The position numbers and the translations under genes are program-made. The notes below the pieces were generated by a model. The model made no database searches. It was not told the DNA's origin and saw only the letters and a list, made by a program, of their open reading frames with translations. This document shows, piece by piece, positions 9,313 through 24,300 of a DNA stretch of 64,000 nt. How positions within the stretch are numbered: position 1 is the stretch's first letter; the number at the start of each line of letters is the position of its first letter. The DNA comes from Paraphysomonas bandaiensis (Eukaryota; Protista; Chrysophyceae), in NCBI GenBank assembly GCA_965644295.1, contig CBFFRP010000036.1, positions 78,050-142,049 on the forward strand, read 5' to 3'.

Positions 9313-12300
9313 ATGCTTTTACAATATTTAGTTATTTGTGTAATCAGTTTTGCTAATGGACAAACACCCACACAAGCCCCTACACACTTACCTACTCAAT
9401 CACCAACATTTCATCCAACATCTGCACCAATTGAAGGTTTGATTGTTTATATATATGGCTCTTATATATGATTTTATTATTACAGAGTGTGGTAATAGAT
9501 CGACGGATGTTATTAATATGATATCAAAGACAGAGCAAGAGAATGTTTGGATTGAAGGTGGTTTTACGACTGCAGGAGATCAGGATTGGGTTTCAGTATC
9601 TACTATTTTTGATACTTTTCAAAATGCAGTTGTATTCATTAGTCTTCCAGAGATTTCTGGTGAAACATCAAATGATGGGTACCCTGCCATTGCACGCGTG
9701 CGTAACGCAACAACTTCTGGGAGGATTAATTTCGAGTTCAAGTTATATCAAGCCAACGATAGTTACTGTTTGAAAACTTGGAGAGTCCCTGAACCGATAT
9801 CTCCTGAAGTAAAGTTATCTTGGATAGTCGTCGAGCAGGGTGCATTCAATCTCACTGGTAGCTTTTTTATGATCGGAAAAGGACCGATTAATCGTGTTAG
9901 TTCGGCATCGTCTGACCAAGATAATTTTGTGACATTGGACTACCCAGTTGGTTGTGTGTCGACCAGTGAAAGGTGTGCATTTCCGCAAAGTGCTAAAGTT
10001 GGTATCATTCTTCAACTTCAAACTCTTGTGTATGACCGTTTATTGATTCCTCGTGGCTTCAATATTGCCAAACGGTTTGCAAGGATTGTATTGCAGCCGC
10101 ATGACTCCATTGACGAAAGCTACTATGTGATGCCTAATCATGAGCAGCTCGCATTCATGGCTTTCGAAACTGGGTTCTTAATCAGCTGTGTTGAGCGTAT
10201 GTCTTTCGAAACTCACTATTATACAGATGTTACAAACATTAAGCTGGACATCGACTATGCTTTCACCTATGTTCTTCCTCCTGGAGTTTACGGCACGGTT
10301 AGTACATCCAGAAGTCTTGCGGATTCCACTGGATTGCGTGCTTTCGACCGCACCGTAAGCGGATCCAGCATTATTACCCAGGAGGATCAGTGTTATGATG
10401 AGGAAACTGATCATACAACTGGGGAGGGAGTTTCAGTAATGATTGTAGGAGAACAGCAATTCGTGGTGTCTTGTACACTGTGTAAAGCGGTATTTACTCC
10501 TGATGTCACCAGCGCTCCAACCAGAGCTCCAACTAGAAACCCGACATTCACACCGACCTCTTCACCCACCTTTCTCCCAACTAAGGCACCTACATTTTCC
10601 CCAACGGTGTTACCCACACATGCGCCTACGTCCGCTCCTACCGTTGCCCCCACAAACAACCCGACTGGTCTGCCGACAGGACTTCCTTCCAGTGTTCCAA
10701 CCAAAACACCAACAGGACTCCCTTCCAGTGCTCCAACCAAAACACCAACAGGACTCCCTTCCAGTGCCCCAACTAGAACACCAACAGGACTCCCTTCCAG
10801 TGCCCCAACTAGTACACCAACAGGACTACCTTCCAGTGTTCCAACTAGTAAACCAACAGGACTCCCTTCCAGTGTTCCAACTAGTGCACCAACAAGACTC
10901 CCTTCCAGTGTTCCAACTAGTAAACCAACAGGACTTCCTTCTAGCAGCCCTACAGCAATACCTACTGGTGTTCCGACTGAAGCTCCGTCGAGCGTGCCCT
11001 CGGCACTGCCAAGTGCTGGCCCCACATCCGACCCTACGTTCTTTCCAACGCGTAGGCCGACCGCTGCACCAACTAGCGTTCCAACCTCGGCTCCTTCTTT
11101 GGCGCCATCATCATCAAGTCCAACACTGATACCCACTGCTGCGCCATCTATTTGTACTGAAGTTTTTAATAGAAGCGCTGATGTGATAGATATGATATCT
11201 AAGAAAACACGGGAATCGGTTTGGATTGAGACTGGATTTTTTTCTGCTGATGACCAAATATGGGTGTCGATTACGTCCACAGTGAGTACTTTTAGTTCCC
11301 CTGTTGTATTCGTCAGTCTTCCAGAAATCCCGGGCGATACTTCTAGTGAAGGAATTCCTTCCATTACACGCGTCAGAAATGTGCAACAAGTAAATGGTAA
11401 TGTTGTATTTGAGGCGAAGTTATATCAAGCGAACGATAGCTTTTGCTCTAAGCAGTGGAGGGTACCTGAGCCGATTTCACCTCCAGTCAGTTTGGCATGG
11501 ATGGTGGTAGAACAAGGTGCATTCAACCTCTCCAATCATTTTTTTATGATTGGAAGTGGGCCTATTACTCGTCAAAACGACGATGTGAAGGATCTATCCA
11601 ATTTTGTAAGGTTTGACTATCCTGTGAATTGTGAGTCCTCCACAGTGAGTTGCGCGTTCCCGAATGGTGTGCAGATCGGGATTGTTTTACAGCTTCAAAC
11701 TCTAGTATACGACAGGCTGATAATACCTCGAGGTTATTCTATCCAACGACGGCACTCCAAAATTGTACTTCAGCCCCACGACTCGAGTGACTCAAGCTAT
11801 TATGTGATGACAACCCCTGAAACTCTCGCGTACATGGCCTTTGAAACGGGGGTTGCGATCAGTTGTGTAGAGAGAATGACTTTTGAGACAATTAGGTGGG
11901 GTTCCGTCACACATATTAAACAGGATTTCGAGTATACCTATTCGTACGATGTTCCTCCTGGAGTGTACGGGACCATCGGAACGTCAACAAGTCTTGCTGA
12001 TAGTACAGGTCTTAGAGTATTTTCGAGAACAATCGACGGGGCTAGTATAATAACCCAAGAAGATCAGTGTGTCGACGAAGAAACGACACACACAACTGGG
12101 GAAACGGTCTATGCAATGGTTGTTGGTCAGCAGAGTACGCGTTCTTCTTGTACCATTTGCAGTGCTGTATATAATGGGGAGTCGACTTCAAACGGTCCCA
12201 GTCATTCCCCAACGAAAAGTCCAACTCGAAACCCCACTGTTTCACCAACCCGTCGTCCGACATCCCAACCAACGCGAAACCCGACTTCATCACCTACCCG

Positions 12301-15300
12301 TCGACCAACATCTTCTCCAACGAGAAGCCCCACTCGAAAGCCGACAGCCCAACCTACGTCATCGCCAACCCGCTTGCCGACGTCTTTTCCGACGAGACCA
12401 CCCACAGGTTTGCCGACGTCACAGCCTGCTGTTGTGCCAACCCACTTACCTACATCCCCACCCTCGCGTTCTCCAACAGTTGTGCCGACATCTGCTCCCA
12501 CTGTTAGCCCTTCCTTTGTCCCAACCAACTCACCAATCCTATGTCCTACGACGAAACCTACAAGTGTACCTACCATTGCACTAACGGATTCACCAACTTT
12601 CAGCCACACAGTTTCGCCGAGCCTATCTCCAACGCAATTCCCAACAAACGCACCGACTGCATTCCCTTCCACAGAGCCAACAGTTGTACCAACATCTTCA
12701 CCATCGTTTTCACCAACTTTTGTTCCCACTACTTCACCAACCCATGTACCGACAACGAAACCCAGCGTTTCGCCCACTACTGCACCAACAGCCTCATCAA
12801 CTGTATCTCATCATCCAACAGTTGCCCCTACTCCTTGTCGGGAAGTTACGAACTCTACGACTGATGTTATTGATATGTTTACTGGTCTTCCATTTACTGA
12901 TTTCTGGATGGAAGGGGGATTTACTACTGCTGGCGACCAGGAATGGGTTACTATATCAACGATACTGGATTCGTTTAAGGACGCTGTAGTATTTGTTAGT
13001 CTTCCCGAGATTCCTGGTTCCACCTCAGATGATGGATATGCTGCAATAGCCCGTGTGCGCAACGTAGTAAATACAGGGAGGGTATCTTTCGATACCAAAC
13101 TTTATCAGGCGAATGACAGCTACTGTTCGAAGGAATGGCGTATTCCTGTGCCTATTAGTGGTATAAGCTTGTCTTGGTTGGTTGTTGAGAACGGTGCATT
13201 CAATATGAGTGGCCAGTATTTTATGATTGGAAATGGTGCAATAACACGGCAGAACAGTGATCCAACTGATTCATCTAACTTTCCTCGTTTCGATTACGCG
13301 TATGGTTGTGGATCTTCGACGGAACGCTGTGCATTCAACGAGGGTACCGATGTTGGAATAATTATGCAGCTACAAACGGTAGTGTATGATCGATTGCTTA
13401 TACCTCGTGGGTTTAATGTGAAACTTCGGTTTGCGAGAATTGTTTTACAGCCCCATGATTCCAGCGACCCTAGTTATTACGAGATGCATGATCCCGAGAC
13501 TATCGCATATATGGCGTTTAGTACTGGTTTAGATGTGAGCTGTGTGGAGGGATTGACCTTTGAAACTCGGTTGTATGAATCCGTGACGAATATCAAACGT
13601 GATATCGATTTCCGGTATACATATGTTCTTCCTCCAGGCATATACGGTTCGTTGGGTACGTCGATCAGTTTGGCTGATTCTACCGGTCTCCGCGCTTTTG
13701 ATCGCACGGTAACCGGTGCTAGTATTATCACACAAGAAGACCAGTGCGTGGATGCTGAGACAGATCATACCACTGGTGAGACGGTATTCACATTGGTCGT
13801 TGGTGAACAGAATACTGAGGCTTCGTGTGTCGTATGTAAGGCATTGTTTACTCCTGAGATCAATCGAGATCCTACGGCTAATCCTACTATAATTCCGACT
13901 CAGATACCGACGTCTAGTCCAACACTACATCCAACTTCTGTTCCAACAGTGCTCCCAACTTCTGTTCCAACACTACATCCAACTTCTGTTCCAACACTAC
14001 ATCCAACTTTTGTTCCAACAGTGCTCCCAACTTCTGTTCCAACACTACATCCAACTTCTGTTCCAACATTGTTGCCGACTGGGTCTCCATCTTTGAGCCC
14101 TGTATCCTCTCCAACAGTATTACCCACGGCTAGTGATTATGCGATGTCTTGTGTCTCCGATTGTCCTGATATTAGCATTGAGAATAATGAGACGTGTTTG
14201 TATGTGGCATTAACTGATACATTTGGTGATGGCTGGGGTGAGTCTGTGAATTTTACGTACACGAGATTTTTAGGTGGTCAGGAACTAGATGCGCAAGCTT
14301 TTTCTCTAAATTGTGAGTGTCCGAGAGTAGTAGGTTGCGTACCAGCTCTTGATTCATCTGCTGAGCAGCTACATGTATTTTCAATGGTCACTGATACTGT
14401 TCCTGATTACTTTTGGGAAATTCAATGGTCAGTTCAGCTTGTTGAGAATGGTGATTTTGGAAAGACGTATTACGGAGGATTTAATACAACTGCTACTTTT
14501 GATTATGCATCCTCTAGTAGTCAATTCAGCTTGTTGCACTCAGAGAATCTTTGGTCATATCCTGAAAGCTGTTCCTTCGATAAGTATGACATGTCCGATG
14601 ATTTGACAGCAGATTTTATTTTGAATTTGTATGGGGGAAATGGAAGTCGGTTCTACAGCAATGCAGACGAAGAGATGGCCTATTTGAGCTCTGCATATTA
14701 CATTACCCCTGCTGATGACAGAAGTATGTTGAATGGTTTCAGTTGGGCAGCGTGTGAGCTGAATTCTTCATATACGAGTCTCGAATGTTTGGAGAACGGA
14801 ACATACATATTCCGAACTACAGGTGTATGTGATAGGAGTGCTGATAATTATACTTGGTCATTTTGCGGAGAATCGGGAGGGCCTCAAGTACAGTTGGAAT
14901 TTTCTGTTGTTAACGGTGATTGCATTGCTGGAGAGAAGCAATCTTTTAGTGAGGTTTGTGGAGAATCTTTTGTGCCTAGTGGGCTACCTTCTCATATTCC
15001 CACAAATTCGCCGAGCCTATCTCCAACGCAGTTCCCAACAAATGCACCGACTGCGTTCCCTTCCACAGAGCCAACAATTGTACCCACCAATGCACCAACT
15101 GCATTCCCTTCCACAGAGCCAACAGTTGTACCAACATCTTCACCATCGTTTTCACCAACTTTAGTTCCCACTACTTCACCAACCCATGTACCGACAACGA
15201 AACCCAGCGTTTCGCCCACTACTGTACCTACAAGTGCCCCAACCCATGAACCGACAACAGAACCCAGTGTTGTTCCAACGAGAACGCCAACGCATGTACC

Positions 15301-18300
15301 GACAACGAAACCCAGCGTTTCGCCTACTACTGCACCAACAGCCTCATCAACTGTATCTCATCATCCAACAGTTGCCCCTACTCCTTGTCGGGAAGTTACG
15401 AACTCTACGACTGATGTTATTGATATGTTTACTGGTCTTCCATTTACTGATTTCTGGATGGAAGGTGGATTTACTACTGCTGGCGACCAGGAATGGGTTA
15501 CTATATCAACGATACTGGATTCGTTTAAGGACGCTGTAGTATTTGTTAGTCTTCCCGAGATTCCTGGTTCCACCTCAGATGATGGATATGCTGCAATAGC
15601 CCGTGTGCGCAACGTAGTAAATACAGGGAGGGTATCTTTCGATACCAAACTTTATCAGGCGAATGACAGCTACTGTTCGAAGGAATGGCGTATTCCTGTG
15701 CCTATTAGTGGTATAAGCTTGTCTTGGTTGGTTGTTGAGAACGGTGCATTCAATATGAGTGGCCAGTATTTTATGATTGGAAATGGTGCAATAACACGGC
15801 AGAACAGTGATCCAACTGATTCATCTAACTTTCCTCGTTTCGATTACGCGTATGGTTGTGGATCTTCGACGGAACGCTGTGCATTCAACGAGGGTACCGA
15901 TGTTGGAATAATTATGCAGCTACAAACGGTAGTGTATGATCGATTGCTTATACCTCGTGGGTTTAATGTGAAACTTCGGTTTGCGAGAATTGTTTTACAG
16001 CCCCATGATTCCAGCGACCCTAGTTATTACGAGATGCATGATCCCGAGACTATCGCATATATGGCGTTTAGTACTGGTTTAGATGTGAGCTGTGTGGAGG
16101 GATTGACCTTTGAAACTCGGTTGTATGAATCCGTGACGAATATCAAACGTGATATCGATTTCCGGTATACGTATGTTCTTCCTCCGGGCATATACGGTTC
16201 GTTAGGTACGTCGATCAGTTTGGCTGATTCTACCGGTCTCCGCGCTTTTGATCGCACGGTAACCGGTGCTAGTATTATCACACAAGAAGACCAGTGCGTG
16301 GATGCTGAGACAGATCATACCACTGGTGAGACGGTATTCACATTGGTCGTTGGTGAACAGAATACTGAGGCTTCGTGTGTCGTATGTAAGGCATTGTTTA
16401 CTCCTGAGATCAATCGAGATCCTACGGCTAATCCTACTATAATGCCGACTCAGATACCGACGTCTAGTCCAACACTACATCCAACTTCTGTTCCAACAGT
16501 GCTCCCAACTTCTGTTCCAACACTACATCCAACTTTTGTTCCAACAGTGCTCCCAACTTCTGTTCCAACACTACATCCAACTTCTGTTCCAACATTGTTG
16601 CCGACTGGGTCTCCATCTTTGAGCCCTGTATCCAATCCAACAGTATTACCCACGGCTAGTGATTATGCGATGTCTTGTGTCTCCGATTGTCCTGATATTA
16701 GCATTGAGAATAATGAGACGTGTTTGTATGTGGCATTAACTGATACATTTGGTGATGGCTGGGGTGAGTCTGTGAATTTTACGTACACGAGATTTTTAGG
16801 TGGTCAGGAACTAGATGCGCAAGCTTTTTCTCTAAATTGTGAGTGTCCGAGAGTAGTAGGTTGCGTACCAGCTCTTGATTCATCTGCTGAGCAGCTACAT
16901 GTATTTTCAATGGTCACTGATACTGTTCCTGATTACTTTTGGGAAATTCAATGGTCAGTTCAGCTTGTTGAGAATGGTGATTTTGGAAAGACGTATTACG
17001 GAGGATTTAATACAACTGCTACTTTTGATTATGCATCCTCTAGTAGTCAATTCAGCTTGTTGCACTCAGAGAATCTTTGGTCATATCCTGAAAGCTGTTC
17101 CTTCGATAAGTATGACATGTCCGATGATTTGACAGCAGATTTTATTTTGAATTTGTATGGGGGAAATGGAAGTCGGTTCTACAGCAATGCAGACGAAGAG
17201 ATGGCCTATTTGAGCTCTGCATATTACATTACCCCTGCTGATGACAGAAGTATGTTGAATGGTTTCAGTTGGGCAGCGTGTGAGCTGAATTCTTCATATA
17301 CGAGTCTCGAATGTTTGGAGAACGGAACATACATATTCCGAACTACAGGTGTATGTGATAGGAGTGCTGATAATTATACTTGGTCATTTTGCGGAGAATC
17401 GGGAGGGCCTCAAGTACAGTTGGAATTTTCTGTTGTTAACGGTGATTGCATTGCTGGAGAGAAGCAATCTTTTAGTGAGGTTTGTGGAGAATCTTTTGTG
17501 CCTAGTGGGCTACCTTCTCATATTCCCACAAATTCGCCGAGCCTATCTCCAACGCAGTTCCCAACAAATGCACCGACTGCGTTCCCTTCCACAGAGCCAA
17601 CAATTGTACCCACCAATGCACCAACTGCATTCCCTTCCACAGAGCCAACAGTTGTACCAACATCTTCACCATCGTTTTCACCAACTTTAGTTCCCACTAC
17701 TTCACCAACCCATGTACCGACAACGAAACCTAGCGTTTCGCCTACTACTGCACCAACAGCCTCATCAACTGTATCTCATCATCCAACAGTTGCCCCTACT
17801 CCTTGTCGGGAAGTTACGAACTCTACGACTGATGTTATTGATATGTTTACTGGTCTTCCATTTACTGATTTCTGGATGGAAGGTGGATTTACTACTGCTG
17901 GCGACCAGGAATGGGTTACTATATCAACGATACTGGATTCGTTTAAGGACGCTGTAGTATTTGTTAGTCTTCCCGAGATTCCTGGTTCCACCTCAGATGA
18001 TGGATATGCTGCAATAGCCCGTGTGCGCAACGTAGTAAATACAGGGAGGGTATCTTTCGATACCAAACTTTATCAGGCGAATGACAGCTACTGTTCGAAG
18101 GAATGGCGTATTCCTGTGCCTATTAGTGGTATAAGCTTGTCTTGGTTGGTTGTTGAGAACGGTGCATTCAATATGAGTGGCCAGTATTTTATGATTGGAA
18201 ATGGTGCAATAACACGGCAGAACAGTGATCCAACTGATTCATCTAACTTTCCTCGTTTCGATTACGCGTATGGTTGTGGATCTTCGACGGAACGCTGTGC

Positions 18301-21300
18301 ATTCAACGAGGGTACCGATGTTGGAATAATTATGCAGCTACAAACGGTAGTGTATGATCGATTGCTTATACCTCGTGGGTTTAATGTGAAACTTCGGTTT
18401 GCGAGAATTGTTTTACAGCCCCATGATTCCAGCGACCCTAGTTATTACGAGATGCATGATCCCGAGACTATCGCATATATGGCGTTTAGTACTGGTTTAG
18501 ATGTGAGCTGTGTGGAGGGATTGACCTTTGAAACTCGGTTGTATGAATCCGTGACGAATATCAAACGTGATATCGATTTCCGGTATACGTATGTTCTTCC
18601 TCCGGGCATATACGGTTCGTTGGGTACGTCGATCAGTTTGGCTGATTCTACCGGTCTCCGCGCTTTTGATCGCACGGTAACCGGTGCTAGTATTATCACA
18701 CAAGAAGACCAGTGCGTGGATGCTGAGACAGATCATACCACTGGTGAGACGGTATTCACATTGGTCGTTGGTGAACAGAATACTGAGGCTTCGTGTGTCG
18801 TATGTAAGGCATTGTTTACTCCTGAGATCAATCGAGATCCTACGGCTAATCCTACTATAATGCCGACTCAGATACCGACGTCTAGTCCAACACTACATCC
18901 AACTTCTGTTCCAACACTACATCCAACTTCTGTTCCAACACTACACCCAACTTCTGTTCCAACAGTGCTCCCAACTTCTGTTCCAACACTACATCCAACT
19001 TTTGTTCCAACAGTGCTCCCAACTTCTGTTCCAACACTACATCCAACTTCTGTTCCAACATTGTTGCCGACTGGGTCTCCATCTTTGAGCCCTGTATCCT
19101 CTCCAACAGTATTACCCACGGCTAGTGATTATGCGATGTCTTGTGTCTCCGATTGTCCTGATATTAGCATTGAGAATAATGAGACGTGTTTGTATGTGGC
19201 ATTAACTGATACATTTGGTGATGGCTGGGGTGAGTCTGTGAATTTTACGTACACGAGATTTTTAGGTGGTCAGGAACTAGATGCGCAAGCTTTTTCTCTA
19301 AATTGTGAGTGTCCGAGAGTAGTAGGTTGCGTACCAGCTCTTGATTCATCTGCTGAGCAGCTACATGTATTTTCAATGGTCACTGATACTGTTCCTGATT
19401 ACTTTTGGGAAATTCAATGGTCAGTTCAGCTTGTTGAGAATGGTGATTTTGGAAAGACGTATTACGGAGGATTTAATACAACTGCTACTTTTGATTATGC
19501 ATCCTCTAGTAGTCAATTCAGCTTGTTGCACTCAGAGAATCTTTGGTCATATCCTGAAAGCTGTTCCTTCGATAAGTATGACATGTCCGATGATTTGACA
19601 GCAGATTTTATTTTGAATTTGTATGGGGGAAATGGAAGTCGGTTCTACAGCAATGCAGACGAAGAGATGGCCTATTTGAGCTCTGCATATTACATTACCC
19701 CTGCTGATGACAGAAGTATGTTGAATGGTTTCAGTTGGGCAGCGTGTGAGCTGAATTCTTCATATACGAGTCTCGAATGTTTGGAGAACGGAACATACAT
19801 ATTCCGAACTACAGGTGTATGTGATAGGAGTGCTGATAATTATACTTGGTCATTTTGCGGAGAATCGGGAGGGCCTCAAGTACAGTTGGAATTTTCTGTT
19901 GTTAACGGTGATTGCATTGCTGGAGAGAAGCAATCTTTTAGTGAGGTTTGTGGAGAATCTTTTGTGCCTAGTGGGCTACCTTCTCATATTCCCACAAATT
20001 CGCCGAGCCTATCTCCAACGCAGTTCCCAACAAATGCACCGACTGCGTTCCCTTCCACAGAGCCAACAATTGTACCAACAATTTCAATTGCACCTACTAT
20101 TTTTCCTACGTCAGAGCCAAGCATATCACCTGCTACTGCACCAACTGCTCTACCGACTATCTCATTTGCACCCAGCACTTTACCGATAAGCGCACCATCG
20201 CTTGGACCTACATCATCTCCAACATGTACACCAACACTTTCTTTAAGTATTCCAACTTCTGGACCAACGATTTCGCCGACAACTGAACCAACCATTTCTC
20301 AATCAACTGTTCCAACTACTGTATCGACGTGTACGCCAACTTGTGCATCGTCAGCTACATCGCTTTCACCCACGAGTGAGCGGACCACTTTCCCGACGAG
20401 TGCACCTACCATCCCGCCCACTTCTGCACCAACTGCTGTATCAACTTCGCCAACAAGTGCACCGACATCTGGACCAACCAGTGCTCCGCCCACGTCGCCA
20501 ACATCTACACCAACAAGTGCACCTACTTGTGCACCAACAATTTCACCTACGAATGAGCCGACAACTTCACCGACGAGTGCTCCAACCGCTTTACCATCAA
20601 CTTCGCCAACAAGTGCACCGACATCTGGACCAACCAGTGCGCCGCCCACGTCGCCAACATCTACACCTACAAGTGCATCTACTTGTGCACCAACAATTTC
20701 ACCTACGAATGAGCCGACAACTTCACTGACGAATGATCCAACCGCTTTACCATCAACTTCGCCAACAAGTGCACCTACTTGTGCACCAACTATTTCACCT
20801 ACGAATGAGCCGACAACTTCACCGACGAGTGCTCCAACCGTTTTACCATCAACTTCGCCAACAAGTGCACCGACATCTGGACCAACCAGTGCTCCGACCC
20901 CGTCGCCAACATCTACACCAACAATTTCACCTACGAATGAGCCGACAACTTCACCGACGAGTGCTCCAACCGCTTTACCATCAACTTCGCCAACAAGTTC
21001 GCCAACTTGTGCACCAACTATTTCACCTACGAGTGGGCCGACAACTTTGCCGACGAGAGCTCCAACTGCTTTACCATCAACTTCTCCAACAAGTGCTCCG
21101 ACCCCGTCGCCAACATCTACGCCAACAAGTTCACCTACTTGTGCACCAACAATTTCACCTACGAATGAGCCGACGACTTCACCGACGAGTGCTCCAACCG
21201 CTTTACCATCAACTTCGCCAACATCTACACCAACAAGTTCGCCTACTTGTGCACCAACTATTTCACCTACGAATGAGCCGACGACTTCACCGACGAGTGC

Positions 21301-24300
21301 TCCAACCGCTTTACCATCAACTTCGCCAACAAGTTCGCCTACTTGTGCACCTACATCTGGACCAACCATTTCGCCGACAATTTTTCCCTCTCTATCACCA
21401 ACATGTGCACCTACTTGTGCACCAACCAACTCACCTTCGAGTGTACCTCCTACTGAATCACCTACGGTATCTCCTACTATGGTTGGTGATACGAATTCCC
21501 CAACTGTAACGCCTACAGTGTCTCCTACTGTAACAGGTGCTACGAATGCTCCAACTGCGTCACCCACAGTATCTCCTACTGTAACAGGTGCTACGAATGT
21601 TCCAACTGAATCGCCTACAGTGTCTCCTACTGTAACAGGTGCTACGAATGCTCCAACTGCATCACCCACGGTATTTCCTACTATGGTCGGTGCTACGAAT
21701 GTTCCAACTGAATCACCTACGGTGTCTCCTACTATGGTTGGTGCTACAAATGCTCCAACTGCATCGCCCACGGTATCTCCTACTATGGTTGGTGATACGA
21801 ACGCACCTACCGCATTTCCCACCGTGGTTAATGAAACGAACATACCTACTATATCTCCCACGGTTTCTCCTACTATAGTTGGTGACACGAATGCTCCAAC
21901 TGCGTCACCCACAGTATCTCCTACTATGGTTGGCGATACGAATTCTCCAACTGCATCACCTACGGTATTCCCTACTATGGTTAATGAAACTAATGTACCT
22001 ACTGAATCTCCCACTGTATCACCTACAGTGTCTCCTACTGTAACAGGTGATACGAACGCACCTACCGCATTTCCCACCGTGGTTAATGAAACGAATGTAC
22101 CTACTGCATCACCTACGGTTTCTCCTACTATGGTTGGTGATACGAATTCCCCAACTGTAACGCCTACAGTGTCTCCTACTATGATTGGTGATACGAATGC
22201 TCCAACTGCATCACCCACGGTATTTCCTACGATTGTTAATGAAACGAACGCACCTACCGCATTTCCCACCGTGGTTAATGAAACGAATGTACCTACTGCA
22301 TCACCTACGGTTTCTCCTACTACGGTTGGTGATACGAATTCCCCAACTGCATCACCTACGGTATTCCCTACTATGGTTAATGAAACTAGTGTACCTACTG
22401 AATCTCCCACTGTATCCCCTACTATGGTTGGTGATACGAATGCTCCAACTGTATCACCTACAGTGTCTCCTACTGTAACAGGTGATACGAACGCACCTAC
22501 CGCATTTCCCACCGTGGTTAATGAAACGAATGTACCTACTGCATCACCTACGGTTTCTCCTACTATGGTTGGTGATACGAATTCCCCAACTGTAACGCCT
22601 ACAGTGTCTCCTACTGTAACAGGTGCTACGAATGCTCCAACTGCATCACCCACGGTATTTCCTACGATTGTTAATGAAACGAACGCACCTACCGCATTTC
22701 CCACCGTGGTTAATGAAACGAATGTACCTACTGCATCACCTACGGTTTCTCCTACTACGGTTGGTGATACGAATTCCCCAACTGCAATGCCTACAGTGTC
22801 TCCCACTGTGGTTGGTGCTACGAATGCTCCAACTGCATCACCCACAGTATCTCCTACTGTGGTTGGCGATACGAATTCCCCAACTGTATCTCCCACGGTA
22901 TTTCCTACTATGGTTAATGAAACGAATGCTCCAACTGAATCTCCCACAGTATCCCCTACTGTGGTTGGTGATACGAATGCTCCAACTGTGTCACCTACAG
23001 TGCCTCCTACTGTAACAGGTGCTACGAATGCTCCAACTGCATCACCTACGGTATTTCCTACTGTGGTTGGTGATACGAACGCACCTACCGCATTTCCCAC
23101 GGTACCCCCTACTATGGTTGGTGATACGAATGCTCCAACTGTATCACCCACAGTGTCTCCTACTGTAACAGGTGCTACAAATGCTCCAACTGCATCACCT
23201 ACGGTATTTCCTACTATGGCTAATGAAACGAATGCTCCAACTGTATCACCTACAGTGTCTCCTACTGTAACAGGTGATACAAATGCTCCAACTGCATCAC
23301 CCACGGTATTTCCTACTATGGCTAATGAAACGAAAGTACCTACTGCTTTTCCGACATTATATAATGAGACTGGCGGTATTTCTCTTTCACCTACCTTCCA
23401 GCCGAGTATATCTTCCTCGTCATCGTCAGTTGGTAACGTTTTGTGTCGAATTGCTGGGCAGTTCAATCTTAGTACACGTCCTGTAAATGGTTGGACTTGC
23501 ACGGATGATATGAATCCGATAACTGAAAATGGACGCGATGTGTGTGATGATAACTGGACTGGCATTTTATGCGATGATGGTGGGAAAATTTCATCTCTTG
23601 ATCTTTCAGGTCTTGGCTTATCTGGTACTGTCTCTTCGGATATAGGCCAACTTACTGCTCTTCAAAGTCTTGATTTGTCATCGAATAGCCTGCGAGGTCC
23701 TCTTCCGATTGAATTGGGACAATTAACTAGTCTAGAAGCTTTCGATATACATTCAAATGAATTTGGTTCATTAAATCGAAGGCTTGGACAATATTCTCCT
23801 TATAATCGCAAACTTCAAACTTCCTTCGTGGATGAAAGTTTTACAGTTATCGCGAATATGTCGTCACTTACATTTCTAGATGTCGGGTCAAATGGCCTGA
23901 CGGGCAGAGTTCCATCATCGCTGTGTGCTCTCCCACTGAGAACTCTAATTCTGGTTTCTACCACCGCAACAACAACCGCTAGAAATAGTTTTGACTGTAT
24001 CGCGGAGTGTTTGACAGAAAAGGAAGATTTAACGTTGGTTGTTTCTGGTCTTTCCCCCTGTGTAGATACTGCTTCCCCGACTCCGAATCCTACTCGCAGC
24101 CCAACTGTAGAAGGAAATCAAGCTAGGTCATCTGGTTCCGAGCCTGTGTTGGGCCAGAACGGGGTGAGTTTTGTGTCTGCTGCAGCGGCATTGTTTTTGC
24201 TGCTTTTGCTGTGCTGCTGTTACACATTTTGTATTCGGCGACGTAATCAGCAAGATGTCATTCGAAAGTATAGAGATGACTCTATTGTAGCCCGGCCTAC

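Noticed and set aside
20299-23565. 1088-aa antisense ORF (and similar V/G-rich antisense ORFs at 10411, 12202, 35910)
   Set aside because: Mirror of Pro/Thr codon repeats on the coding strand; stop-free by composition.
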